From: Oscillospiraceae bacterium | Lineage (GTDB): Bacteria > Bacillota > Clostridia > Oscillospirales > Oscillospiraceae | Direction of reading: 5' to 3' | Assembly: GCA_902785115.1 (NCBI GenBank) | Contig: CACZXQ010000001.1 | Coordinates: 1 to 57,001 of the forward strand | Length of the DNA stretch: 57,001 bases | In this document: positions 27,369 to 36,524 of the stretch, one piece after another | How positions within the stretch are numbered: the stretch's first letter is position 1 | Layout: each line of letters begins with the position of its first letter | The notes under the pieces: generated by a model | Told to the model about the DNA's origin: nothing | What the model saw: the letters and a program-made list of their open reading frames with translations, nothing else | Database searches by the model: none | Made by a program: the position numbers and the translations under genes

Positions 27369-28733
27369 TTAATGATTAAGCACCAGGCTCGTGCGGTCGC
27401 GCCAGCGGCCTTTACGGTAATACACCAGCATGGCGAGTCCCGTCACGATCCAGGAGGCGGGGTAGCACATGCACAATACGAACAGCGTGTGCCGCAGGAC
27501 GAAGAGCGTTCCGATCCAGATGATGCGCAGCAGGCAGATGCCGAGACCGATGATGACCACCGGGCGCACCGCGTCCCCCACGCCGCGCAGCACGGCGGAG
27601 AGCACTTCGATCAGCACCCAGGTGATGTAGAAGGGGACAAAGTAGAGCATCATGGTATAGGTCGTCTCGATCACAGCGGCGTCCTCGGTCAGAATGTGCA
27701 GCAGCGGGCGACCCAGCAGCAGGATCAGCGCGCTCAGGCTCACGGTGATGACGCTGGAGAGCACCAGCCCCTGCCGGACGCAGAGCTTGACACGATCCTG
27801 CCGTCCCGCGCCGAGGTTTTGCCCCACAAAGCTGGTGATGGCGGCGCCGAGCGCGTTGCTGACAGCCCAGAAAATGCCGTCGGTCTTGGAGGTCATCGCC
27901 CAGGAGGCCACCACCACGGTGCCGAGGGAGTTGACGCCCACCTGAATGATCATGTTCGACACCGCGTACATGGACGACTGCAGCCCGGAGGGAACGCCGA
28001 GGCGCAGCATGTTCACAAGGTATGCCCCGCGCAGACGGAGCTGGCGGATGCTGAGCCGGTAGCTCTCCTCCGTTTTCAGCAGCAGCCGCGTCAGTAGCGC
28101 CATGTTGATGAGCTGCGCCGCCACCGTGGCGATGGCGACGCCCGCCACGCCCCAGTGGAACACGATCACAAACAGCGTGTCGAGCACGATGTTGCTCACG
28201 CAGCCCACCACCATGTACAGAAAGGGGCTGACCGAGTCGCCCACGGCGCGCAGCATGTTTGACTCCATGTTCAGAATCAGCACGAAGGGAACGCCGAGAA
28301 AGTAGATGCGCAGGTAAAGCACGGCGGCGTCCATGGTGTCCTCCGGCGTTTGCAGCAGGCGCAGCAGCGCCGGGGAGGCGATAAGCCCGAACACGCTCAG
28401 CACCACGCCCGCGAGGGCGAAGACCGCGATGGCGTTGCCCGCGGCGAGCTGTACATCACGCTCGCGTCCCGCGCCGTACACCTGCGCGATCACGACGCTG
28501 GCGCCCGAGGTGATGGCGACGAAAAAGCCGATGAGCAGGTTGATGATCTGCGCCGAGCTGCCGCCGACGGCGGCAAGAGCCACGGTGCCCACGAAGCGGC
28601 CCACGATCAGGCCGTCCACGGCGTTATAGAGCTGCTGGATGCAGGTGCCGGCGGCGATGGGCAGGAAAAAGACCAGCAGCCGCTTCCAAACCACGCCCTC
28701 TGTCAGATCTTTTTTGGCAAACTGTTTGTGCAT
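27369..28733 (-). CDS. MATE-family efflux transporter
   Basis: 454 aa with FFLPIAAGTCIQQLYNAVDGLIVGRFVG. Convergent with the other MATE gene. Confidence 0.9.
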   Translation of the reverse strand: MHKQFAKKDLTEGVVWKRLLVFFLPIAAGTCIQQLYNAVDGLIVGRFVGTVALAAVGGSSAQIINLLIGFFVAITSGASVVIAQVYGAGRERDVQLAAGNAIAVFALAGVVLSVFGLIASPALLRLLQTPEDTMDAAVLYLRIYFLGVPFVLILNMESNMLRAVGDSVSPFLYMVVGCVSNIVLDTLFVIVFHWGVAGVAIATVAAQLINMALLTRLLLKTEESYRLSIRQLRLRGAYLVNMLRLGVPSGLQSSMYAVSNMIIQVGVNSLGTVVVASWAMTSKTDGIFWAVSNALGAAITSFVGQNLGAGRQDRVKLCVRQGLVLSSVITVSLSALILLLGRPLLHILTEDAAVIETTYTMMLYFVPFYITWVLIEVLSAVLRGVGDAVRPVVIIGLGICLLRIIWIGTLFVLRHTLFVLCMCYPASWIVTGLAMLVYYRKGRWRDRTSLVLNH

Positions 28734-28736
28734 GCT

Positions 28737-29360
28737 TCAGCCCTCAAACCAGCGCAGCGCAAAGTCTGCCAGCGCGCCGGTCAGCTTCTTGATGTCCCGG
28801 CCGGAGGTGTTTATCGTCAGATCGAAGCCGCTGCTGTCGGTATGCGACTTGCCGGTGAGGATCTCCCGGGTCTGGCGGCGGCTGCGGTCGATGCGGCGGA
28901 TATTGCGCAGCACTTCGCGCTCGCTGAGCTGTTCGGCGGCGGGGCGGCGCTGCTCGTGCTGCATGCAGCGGCGAAGCCGCGCCTCCATGTCCGCGCAGAC
29001 AAACACGCGGAAGGGGCGGTACTCCTCCAGGATCACGTCCGCGTCGCGCCCGATGATGACGCAGTCATTGCCGAGCGCGGCGATCTCCCGCAGGATCTCG
29101 CGCTCCCGGATCAGAAGGCGGGTGTTCACGCCCGGATCAAAGAGCATGTGGGAAAAGCTGTTGCGATAGCTCAGCTGCATATTGTGCCAGCCGTGGTTTG
29201 CCAGCGCCTTTTTCACATAATCCGGCTCCAGCCCCTGCTCGGCGGCGAGGCGGTCGATGATCTCCCGGTCATAATAGTCCCAGCCCAGCTTTTCGGCCAG
29301 ACGCTTGCCCAGCTCGCGCCCGCCGCTGCCGAACTGGCGGCTGATGGTGATGATACGCAT
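28737..29360 (-). CDS. Cytidylate-kinase-like family protein (P-loop)
   Basis: Start trimmed to MRIITISRQFGSGGRELGKRLAEKLGW after AAGGAGAA. Confidence 0.75.
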   Translation of the reverse strand: MRIITISRQFGSGGRELGKRLAEKLGWDYYDREIIDRLAAEQGLEPDYVKKALANHGWHNMQLSYRNSFSHMLFDPGVNTRLLIREREILREIAALGNDCVIIGRDADVILEEYRPFRVFVCADMEARLRRCMQHEQRRPAAEQLSEREVLRNIRRIDRSRRQTREILTGKSHTDSSGFDLTINTSGRDIKKLTGALADFALRWFEG

Positions 29361-29671
29361 GATGTGTTCTCCTTGTTCCTTGCCGCACACACGGCGGGAT
29401 CATAGCAATCTTCCATAAAGCGCTTGAAAGCAAGCGTCTTATGGAAGAACAGTATAGCACGCGAGACGGCGGCGCACAAGCTTTCCGTAAAAAAGCGGGC
29501 TGTTTGCGCTTGGCGGATGACACAAATGCTTTGCGCCTGCGTTTTTTTCTGCCCGCGACAATTTTTTGTTGACAAACGGTTCGGGGGGTAAACTCGACTT
29601 TGAGGAGCCGAGAGAGAATCCGGCTTAAGAAAACTTTTGGAGGAAAAGAACATGAAAATGGAAAAGCCGGC

Positions 29672-29700
29672 TTGCGCTCAGCATGCCGCCGTGGTATAAT
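29672..29700 (+). promoter_or_regulatory. Promoter of the riboswitch-controlled operon (TTGCGC-N17-TATAAT with TGn extension)
   Basis: -35 at 29672-29677 and -10 at 29695-29700, preceded by TGG. Confidence 0.6.
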
Positions 29701-29704
29701 CCGC

Positions 29705-29990
29705 CATGCGGCGAAACGCTGCAATCGGATCGGGATCTATTCTCTGCAATAGTCAACAGGGGAATCTGGGTGAAAATCCCTCGCGAGGCCGTCACTGTGA
29801 AGCGGCGCGCTGACGTCAGCAGCGCGCCCGAAGTCAGAAAACCTGCCCGAACAGCCGACAGATCGTTGTCTGTGTTGTGCAAAGAACCGCGTGAGCCCGG
29901 TCAAAGTGCAGCAGGCAGGGCTTCGCCATGCCTAACTCTCTTTTTCTTTGTACAATTTCCGATGCCCGACAGGGCGAACAGAGAAAGGAG
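29705..29990 (+). ncRNA. Cobalamin (B12) riboswitch
   Basis: Core CAGGGGAATCTGGGTGAAAATCCCTCGCGAGGCCGTCACTGT (29754-29800) and B12 box GAAGTCAGAAAACCTGCC (29830-29847). A downstream CTCTCTTTTTCT segment can pair with the AGAGAAAGGAGAG RBS region. Confidence 0.85.
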
Positions 29991-30000
29991 AGCATTTTAT

Positions 30001-30399
30001 ATGCAAAAGAAAACAAGAAACATGATCATCGCCGTGTGCGTGCTGATCGCGCTCGTTGTCGGCGCGCTGCTGATCTACAACGCCAACAAGCCCGCGGCGC
30101 AACTCGGCGACAAGAACATCGTGGTTACTGTGATCCACAAGGACGAGAGCACAAAGGACTTTACCATCAACACCTCCGCCGAGACCCTGCGCGCCGCCTG
30201 CGAGGAGCAGAACCTCATCGCCGGGGACGAGAGCGAGTACGGCCTCTACGTCAAGACGGTGGACGGCGAGACCGTCAACGAGGACAATCAGGAGTGGTGG
30301 AGCATTACCAAGGACGGCGAGATGCTGATGACCGGCGTGGACGATACCATGATCGCCGACGGTGAGCAGTATGCGTTCACCTTCACGATCGGCTGGTAA
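30001..30399 (+). CDS. DUF4430-domain protein (transcobalamin-like, membrane-anchored)
   Basis: Start at ATG 30001 after AAAGGAGAG. It has an N-terminal TM helix and a C-terminal WWSITKDGEMLMTGVDDTMIADGEQYAFTF pattern typical of DUF4430. Confidence 0.75.
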   Translation: MQKKTRNMIIAVCVLIALVVGALLIYNANKPAAQLGDKNIVVTVIHKDESTKDFTINTSAETLRAACEEQNLIAGDESEYGLYVKTVDGETVNEDNQEWWSITKDGEMLMTGVDDTMIADGEQYAFTFTIGW

Positions 30400-30892
30400 G
30401 CTGACGGCGAAGGAGGTCTGCGCGCTGGCTTTGATGGCCGCGCTGATCTTCTCAAGCAAGGTGGCGCTTGCAAGCCTGCCGAATATCAATGTAAATTCCG
30501 TGCTCATCATACTGACGGTGGTGTTCTTCGGATGGAAAGCCCTCTATGCGGTGTATGTCTATGTGCTGCTGGAGGGGCTGGTGTTCGGCTTTTCGGTCTG
30601 GTGGGTCGGCTACTTATATGTGTGGGACGTGCTGGTGATCGCGGCAATGCTCCTGCGCGAAAACGATTCCGCCCTTTTGTGGGCGGTGGTCGCGGGCGTG
30701 TTCGGCCTCGTTTTCGGGCCGCTGATGTATCTGGAGTATTTCGCCATCAACGGCGGCTGGGAGATGTTCTTCGCCATGTGGGTCGCGGGCATCCCCTACG
30801 ACCTGACGCACTGCGTCGGCAACTTTGTCTTCACCCTGGTGCTGTATCGACCCTTGTACAAGGTGATGGATAAAGTGTTAAGTAAACGCTGA
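30362..30892 (+). CDS. ECF-transporter S component (putative cobalamin-specific, CbrT-like)
   Basis: About 160-176 aa with 6 hydrophobic helices. It sits directly behind the B12 riboswitch and the DUF4430 gene. The start is uncertain (ATG 30362/30371 overlapping the upstream gene, or TTG/ATG at 30430-30435 after GAAGGAGG). Confidence 0.55.
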   Translation: MSSMRSPSRSAGKLTAKEVCALALMAALIFSSKVALASLPNINVNSVLIILTVVFFGWKALYAVYVYVLLEGLVFGFSVWWVGYLYVWDVLVIAAMLLRENDSALLWAVVAGVFGLVFGPLMYLEYFAINGGWEMFFAMWVAGIPYDLTHCVGNFVFTLVLYRPLYKVMDKVLSKR

Positions 30893-31051
30893 TGAAACAC
30901 GCCTTCGGCGTCTTCCGGAAAAATCACGCTCTGATTTTTCTCGGAACCTGCTCTTGCCCCATGATGCGGCATTGCCTTGGAAAACGGGAAAATCTGCGGT
31001 TTCCGTTTCCGTCCCTGTTTTTGCCTGCTCCGCACAGGCATGGTAATTTCT

Positions 31052-31639
31052 ATGAAAAAAGCAAACGCATGGAAGGTTCTTCATTTGACCCTGATGGCCG
31101 CGATGGTGATCGGTACTGTCGGCGCCGCAGTGCATTTCATCATCGAATTCAGTAAAGCGGCTGCCAGCGCCGAAAGGTTTTCAAATCTTGCGAACGTTTT
31201 CCTGATGCTGCTGGTTCTGGCTATGCTGATCGTGGGTATTTTGTACCTCTTAATGGGTTACACCAAGCGGGCAGCTGCGTATTACAAACTGTTTTTGCTC
31301 CTGAACGTTGCAGTATGTGTGCTGACGATCTTTATTGACCTGTATTGCTATCGCGTCAACGCATGGATGCTCATCATCAGCGTCCTCAATACCTGCAAGA
31401 TCGTCCTTCTTCTCCTTCTGAGCTTCGGAAAAGATCTTGGAGAGAAAAAAACCTGGATACTTTTCTACACGCTTCTGGCGGCGGATGGCTTAAAGCTGAT
31501 TTTGGCGATCTTAAATATGATAGGCGTCGGGTTTGATTTCAGCTTTGCAGGATATGTTACCGCGTTGATTTCTGACGGAACGATCGGGCTGTCGATCAAG
31601 GGAAAATATGAGAACAAGAAAAGCCGCGGAAGAACATAA
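31052..31639 (+). CDS. Hypothetical integral membrane protein (195 aa, lower GC)
   Basis: MKKANAWKVLHL start and about 5 TM helices. I recognise no family. Confidence 0.55.
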   Translation: MKKANAWKVLHLTLMAAMVIGTVGAAVHFIIEFSKAAASAERFSNLANVFLMLLVLAMLIVGILYLLMGYTKRAAAYYKLFLLLNVAVCVLTIFIDLYCYRVNAWMLIISVLNTCKIVLLLLLSFGKDLGEKKTWILFYTLLAADGLKLILAILNMIGVGFDFSFAGYVTALISDGTIGLSIKGKYENKKSRGRT

Positions 31640-31686
31640 ATCAGCTGTGCAGTCATTTCACCGGCCACCGACCACGCAATAAAAAA

Positions 31687-31722
31687 CTCCCCACGGCCTC
31701 AGTCAGCCGTGGGGATGTTTTT
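31687..31722. terminator. Bidirectional terminator
   Basis: An A-run, then CTCCCCACGGC...GCCGTGGGG, then ATGTTTTTATTT. Confidence 0.7.
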
Positions 31723-33259
31723 ATTTGGCGTAATCGACAACCTTCGTCTCGCGCAGCATGTTGACCTTGATCTGACCGGGGTAGGTAAGCTCCTCCTCGA
31801 TCTTCTTGGCGATCTCGCGGGCGAGGAGAACCATCTGATCCTCGCTGACCTTGTCGGGCTCGACCATGATGCGGATCTCGCGGCCGGCCTGAATGGCGTA
31901 GGAGCTTGCGATGCCCGGGAAGCTCTTGGAGACCTCCTCCAGTTTCTCAAGGCGCTTGACGTAGTTCTCGATGTTCTCGCGGCGGGCGCCGGGGCGGGCG
32001 GCGGAGATGGCGTCGGCCGCCTGGACAAGACAGGCGACAACGGTCTGCGGCTCCACATCGTTGTGGTGCGCTTCGATGGCGTGGATCACCGCGTCGGACT
32101 CATGGTACTTGCGGGCAATGTCCACACCGATGGTGACGTGGCTGCCCTCGACCTCGTGGTCGATGGCCTTGCCGATGTCGTGCAGGAGACCCGCGCGCTT
32201 GGCGGTGGCAACGTCCGCGCCCAGCTCGGCGGCGAGAAGCCCCGCGATGTGGCTGACCTCGATGGAGTGGTTGAGCACGTTCTGTCCGTAGCTCGTGCGG
32301 TAGCGCATACGACCCAGCAGCTTCACGAGCTCCGGATGCAGGCCGTGGATGTTCGTCTCGAACACGGCGCGCTCGCCCTCGGACTTGATGGTGGCGTTGA
32401 CTTCCTTCTGCGCCTTGGCAACCATTTCCTCGATGCGGGCGGGGTGGATGCGCCCGTCGGCGATCAGCTTCTCCAGCGCGAGACGCGCCACCTCGCGGCG
32501 GACGGGGTCGAAACTGGAGACCGTAATGGCCTCGGGTGTGTCGTCGATAATCAGGTCGCAGCCCGTCAGCGTTTCGATGCTGCGGATGTTGCGGCCCTCG
32601 CGGCCGATGATGCGGCCCTTCATCTCGTCGTTGGGGAGAGGTACGACGGAGACGGTGATCTCGCTGGTGTGGTCGGCGGCGCAGCGCTGAATCGCGGTGG
32701 TGATGATCTTGCGGGCGCGCTCGTCCGCCTCATCCTTGGCCTGCGCCTCGATCTCCTTGACCTTCATGGCCATCTCGTGGGTCACTTCGTCCCGTACGTT
32801 GGCGATGATGTAGGCCTTGGCCTCTTCCACGGAGAAGCCGGAGATGCGCTCGAGCATTTCGAGCTGGCTCTTCTTGATCTGGGCGATCTCTGCCTGCTGG
32901 GCTTCCGCCGCGGCGATCTTGTTGGACAGGGTCTCGCTCTTCTTCTCGACCGCGTCGGTCTTGCGATCCAGGCTCTCCTCCTTCTGCTGAAGGCGGCGCT
33001 CCTGCTTCTGCAGCTCGGCACGGCGAGCCTTTTCTTCCCGCTCGTACTCGGAGCGGCGTTTGTGTATTTCTTCCTTTGCCTCAACGAGAGCTTCTCTCTT
33101 CTTGCTCTCGGCGCTCTTGATTGCGTCATTGACGATCTGCTTTGCCTGTTCCTCGGCATTGGCGATCTGCTTTTCGGCGTTCTTCTCGCGCGTGATGAAG
33201 AACGCGGCAGCCGCACCCGCGCCGACGACAAGGCCGATCAAGATCCATAAAACGGGCAT
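31721..33259 (-). CDS. rny: Ribonuclease Y
   Basis: N-terminal TM helix, Lys/Glu-rich coiled coil, KH domain ([12 protein letters not shown]) and HD domain (LLHDIGKA). Confidence 0.92.
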   Translation of the reverse strand: MPVLWILIGLVVGAGAAAAFFITREKNAEKQIANAEEQAKQIVNDAIKSAESKKREALVEAKEEIHKRRSEYEREEKARRAELQKQERRLQQKEESLDRKTDAVEKKSETLSNKIAAAEAQQAEIAQIKKSQLEMLERISGFSVEEAKAYIIANVRDEVTHEMAMKVKEIEAQAKDEADERARKIITTAIQRCAADHTSEITVSVVPLPNDEMKGRIIGREGRNIRSIETLTGCDLIIDDTPEAITVSSFDPVRREVARLALEKLIADGRIHPARIEEMVAKAQKEVNATIKSEGERAVFETNIHGLHPELVKLLGRMRYRTSYGQNVLNHSIEVSHIAGLLAAELGADVATAKRAGLLHDIGKAIDHEVEGSHVTIGVDIARKYHESDAVIHAIEAHHNDVEPQTVVACLVQAADAISAARPGARRENIENYVKRLEKLEEVSKSFPGIASSYAIQAGREIRIMVEPDKVSEDQMVLLAREIAKKIEEELTYPGQIKVNMLRETKVVDYAK

Positions 33260-33508
33260 CGTAAGTAAACACACCTCCATTCTTTCAGAATTTTGCGGTG
33301 GTTACTTGATTTTGCGAATGATTCTATTGTGAATCTAAAGGAAAATGAGCCATCAAGCGAACTCATCCGAAGTTGAATATCAATGGAGCCTCCCCTGGCT
33401 CCTTCAATATTATATCCAATTTATTTTAGCCCCTTACGGATGTTATGTCAAGTAAAAATTCGCAATGACGGGCAGATAGAGAACACGGATGCTGCGCATC
33501 CTCGCATT

Positions 33509-34357
33509 TTATCCGATATTCAGCAGCACCAGCGCTGCGAGGATCAGGAGGATGCCCGCAAGCTGTCGGCGCGTGAGCTTTTCGTGAAACAGCAGGGCGC
33601 TTGCCGCCATGACAAGCAGGATCGTGCCGGTGCTGGTCACCGGGTAGACCAGCACGGCGGGCAGGCTCCTCAGCGCCAGCAGCAGCCAGTAGGAGGAGAA
33701 GTAGTTCGGGATGCCCACCAGGATGCCCGAGGCCAGCTCCTTCCAGAGAAGCTTTGCCCCCGTGCGGCGCTTTTCGCGCAGGGCGAGCGCCGATGTGAGC
33801 AGGCAGGCCGTCAAAAACAGCCAGAAGAAAAACAGCGCCCCTTCCGCCGCGGTGCCGAGCTCATCAAACACCTTGCTCATCACATCCCCGGCGCCGCCGG
33901 TGAAGAGCACGAGCAGCAGCAGGAGAAAGCTGCGGTTCTCGCCCGCCTTCCCGCCGCCCCCGTGAATCAGCAGCAGCGCGGCAAACACCAGCGCGATGCC
34001 CGCAAGCTGCATCGGCGTCGCCCGCTCCCCAAAGCAGAGTACGCTCACGCCGAGCGTCACCACGAGACCGAGCTTGGCAAAGGCGGCGCTGAGCCCCGCG
34101 CCGTTTTGCCGGATGCTCGACTGCATGCTCACAAGGTTTGCCACAAAAAACACGCCGCCGACCACGCCGAGCACAAGGCTCGTCACGCTCCCGCGCAGCA
34201 GCAGCCCCGGATCGCCAAGCATCAGAAAGCCCACGATCACGCAGGTGATATAGTTACCCAATAACATGCCGTAGCGGTTGCCGCGCTGTGCGCGAAACGC
34301 CTTCATTGTCAGCGAAATCGCCGCGCTGCCGCACATGGCAAGAACCAGAAATATCAT
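33509..34357 (-). CDS. EamA/DMT-family transporter
   Basis: Start trimmed to MIFLVLAMCG after GGAGG. 10 TM helices. Confidence 0.75.
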   Translation of the reverse strand: MIFLVLAMCGSAAISLTMKAFRAQRGNRYGMLLGNYITCVIVGFLMLGDPGLLLRGSVTSLVLGVVGGVFFVANLVSMQSSIRQNGAGLSAAFAKLGLVVTLGVSVLCFGERATPMQLAGIALVFAALLLIHGGGGKAGENRSFLLLLLVLFTGGAGDVMSKVFDELGTAAEGALFFFWLFLTACLLTSALALREKRRTGAKLLWKELASGILVGIPNYFSSYWLLLALRSLPAVLVYPVTSTGTILLVMAASALLFHEKLTRRQLAGILLILAALVLLNIG

Positions 34358-34431
34358 AAAGCCGCCTCCTGTTACAGACCCGGTTATCATAGCACAGAGA
34401 CGGGCGGAACGGAAGCCGAAAAACAAAAAAG

Positions 34432-34460
34432 TTGACAGTTCGTCACTCTTTTTGTAATAT
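34432..34460 (+). promoter_or_regulatory. Promoter of the GntR gene (TTGACA-N17-TAATAT, TGn-extended)
   Basis: -35 at 34432-34437 and -10 at 34455-34460. The AT-rich ATTATTAGTATATTAC overlaps the -10 and the start region. Confidence 0.6.
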
Positions 34461-34493
34461 TATTAGTATATTACAACACAAGCGAGGGGACAC

Positions 34494-35186
34494 ATGAACG
34501 ACATGAGCCTGCACGCGGCGCGCCCTGCCGGCAACGCGCGGGAGACCGCCTATCAGATCCTGCGCGACGGGATCATCCATCTGACGCTCAAGCCCGGCGA
34601 AGCGCTGAGCGACAAGCAGATTTCCGAGGAGCTGCACATGAGCCGCACCCCCGTGCGGGAGGCGCTCATCCTGCTGGCGAGCGCCAACATGGTGCTGCTG
34701 CGCCCGCAGGTGGGCACCTTTGTCGCGCCCATCGACCTCAAGCGCATGGAGATGGAGCAGTTCGCCCGCTGCGCGGTGGAAAAGGAGATCCTGCGCCTCT
34801 GCTGCGAAAAGCCGGATGCGGACAGAGCCTGGCGTTATGAGGAAAATCTGCGCGCCTTCGCCCACTACGCCGAGGCGGAGAACCCCGACCAGCGCAAGCT
34901 GCTGGAGCTGGATAACGACTTTCACCGCATCGCCTTCGTAAGCGTCGGGCGGGAGGACAATTACGCCCATATGATGGCGGGGCTTCAGCATGTGGAGCGG
35001 ATGCGCGTGCTCTCAAACCTCGGCATGGCGCAGCTTCAGACCCTTGCGGATCACCGCGCCATCAGCGAGGCCGTTCTCGCGGGCGACGCGGAGCGGGCGC
35101 TCGCGCTGCTCGATACGCACCTCAACCGCTACCGGGAAAACCTCGACCTGCTGCGGGAGAAGTTCCCGGAGTACTTCGCGGAGTAG
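34494..35186 (+). CDS. GntR-family (FadR/FCD subfamily) transcriptional regulator, likely hexuronate regulator
   Basis: HTH SDKQISEELHMSRTPVREAL and a C-terminal FCD-like helical domain. It lies next to uxuAB. Confidence 0.85.
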   Translation: MNDMSLHAARPAGNARETAYQILRDGIIHLTLKPGEALSDKQISEELHMSRTPVREALILLASANMVLLRPQVGTFVAPIDLKRMEMEQFARCAVEKEILRLCCEKPDADRAWRYEENLRAFAHYAEAENPDQRKLLELDNDFHRIAFVSVGREDNYAHMMAGLQHVERMRVLSNLGMAQLQTLADHRAISEAVLAGDAERALALLDTHLNRYRENLDLLREKFPEYFAE

Positions 35187-35210
35187 TGAATAGTGGTCAG
35201 TGAATAGCGA
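35184..35210 (+). repeat. 7-nt-periodic stop-rich tract (TAGTGAATAGTGGTCAGTGAATAGCGA) starting at the GntR stop codon
   Basis: Read directly. TAG/TGA occur in all three frames. Confidence 0.7.
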
Positions 35211-35230
35211 AATCCGCCACAATGCACAAA

Positions 35231-35275
35231 CAAGCGCCCTCAATTCTGTGCAGAATTGAGGGCTTGTTTTTTTTT
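35231..35275 (+). terminator. Terminator after the GntR gene
   Basis: CAAGCGCCCTCAATTCTG...CAGAATTGAGGGCTTG followed by T9. Confidence 0.8.
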
Positions 35276-35345
35276 GAACTGATATATTAGAATATTAGTA
35301 GACCAAAAGCTGATTTTCTATATAAAAATATGACGGAGGGATTTT

Positions 35346-36428
35346 ATGGCAATGCAAATGGGTTTTCGCTGGTACGGCGAAGGAAACGACAAAATTTCTC
35401 TCAGCGACATCCGGCAGATCCCCGGCGTGAGCACCATCGTCTGGGCGCTGCATGACAAGATGCCCGGCGAGATCTGGCAGCCGGAGGAGATCAAAAAGGT
35501 CGTCGATCAGATTCGCGCCGCGGGCTTCAACGCCGACGTGGTGGAGTCCGTGAACGTGCATGACGATATCAAGATCGGCCTTCCCACCCGCGATGGCTAC
35601 ATTGAGAATTACATCCAGACCATTCGCAACCTCGCCCCCTTCAGCGTGAAGGTGATCTGCTACAACTTCATGCCCATCTTCGACTGGATGCGCTCCGACC
35701 TTTTCCATCCCGTGGGCGACGGCTCCACCGCGCTCTACTACCAGAAGGACATGATCCAGGACGACCACAAGGAGATGGCGGACTACGTTATGGGCTTCAC
35801 CGAGAAGTACAACATGACCTTCCCCGGCTGGGAGCCTGAGCGCATGGCGAAGCTGGACGAGCTGTTTGAGGCCTACAAGGACGTGACCAAGGAAAAACTC
35901 TGGGAGAACTTCAAGTACTTCCTCGAAAAGCTGATGCCCGTCTGCCATGCGTGCGACATCAAGATGGCCGTACACATGGACGATCCCCCCTGGGACATCT
36001 TCGGTCTGCCCCGTCTGCTGGTGGATGCCGGGAGCATCGACCGCTTCCTCAAGATGGTGGACGATCCCTACAACTGCCTGACGCTCTGCTCCGGCTCCTT
36101 AAACGCCAACCCCGCGAACAATGTGGCCGCCATCGTCCGCAAGCACTGCGACCGCATCGCCTTTGCCCACATCCGCAACGTCAAGCACTTTGAAAACGGC
36201 GACTTCTCCGAGGCCAGCCACCGCGACTGCGACGGCGACACCGGCATTCTCGACATTCTGCGCGCTTACCACGACTGCGGCTACGAGGGCTACATCCGCC
36301 CCGACCACGGCCGTCACCTCTGGGATGAGAAGCCCGGCAATGTGCGCCCCGGCTACGGCCTGTACGACCGCGCCCTCGGCATCATGTATATGCTCGGCGC
36401 GTGGGACATGATGGAGAAAACCAAATAA
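35346..36428 (+). CDS. uxuA: Mannonate dehydratase
   Basis: 360 aa with GFRWYGEGNDKISLSDIRQIPGV N-terminus and the typical UxuA layout. RBS is GGAGGG. Confidence 0.9.
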   Translation: MAMQMGFRWYGEGNDKISLSDIRQIPGVSTIVWALHDKMPGEIWQPEEIKKVVDQIRAAGFNADVVESVNVHDDIKIGLPTRDGYIENYIQTIRNLAPFSVKVICYNFMPIFDWMRSDLFHPVGDGSTALYYQKDMIQDDHKEMADYVMGFTEKYNMTFPGWEPERMAKLDELFEAYKDVTKEKLWENFKYFLEKLMPVCHACDIKMAVHMDDPPWDIFGLPRLLVDAGSIDRFLKMVDDPYNCLTLCSGSLNANPANNVAAIVRKHCDRIAFAHIRNVKHFENGDFSEASHRDCDGDTGILDILRAYHDCGYEGYIRPDHGRHLWDEKPGNVRPGYGLYDRALGIMYMLGAWDMMEKTK

Positions 36429-36435
36429 TAAAGCC

Positions 36436-36503
36436 GTAGGGGCGGCTATCAGCCGCCCGCCAGGGCTGTATCAAGTTAACGGGCGGCTGATAGCCGCCCC
36501 TAC
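36436..36503. repeat. REP-like inverted pair GTAGGGGCGGCTATCAGCCGCCCG / CGGGCGGCTGATAGCCGCCCCTAC between uxuA and uxuB
   Basis: Perfect 24-bp inverted repeat with a 20-nt spacer. Each arm also folds on itself (GGCGGCT-ATC-AGCCGCC). Confidence 0.85.
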
Positions 36504-36524
36504 AAAAGCAGGAGGCACATAAGA

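Noticed and set aside
27321-29405. Plus-strand ORFs 27321-28097 and 28350-29405
   Set aside because: They are antisense to the MATE and cytidylate-kinase-like genes. They are His/Asp/Gln/Ala-rich and low-complexity, with no RBS.
29652-29699. 15-codon mini-ORF (MKMEKPACAQHAAVV) with a strong GGAGG RBS just upstream of the B12 riboswitch
   Set aside because: It overlaps the -35/-10 of the riboswitch promoter, so it would lie mostly upstream of that transcript. No upstream promoter is evident, and it cannot be distinguished from chance in a GC-rich spacer.
31709-33250. 513-aa plus-strand ORF
   Set aside because: It is antisense to rny (RNase Y) and has repetitive G/D/L/A/V composition.
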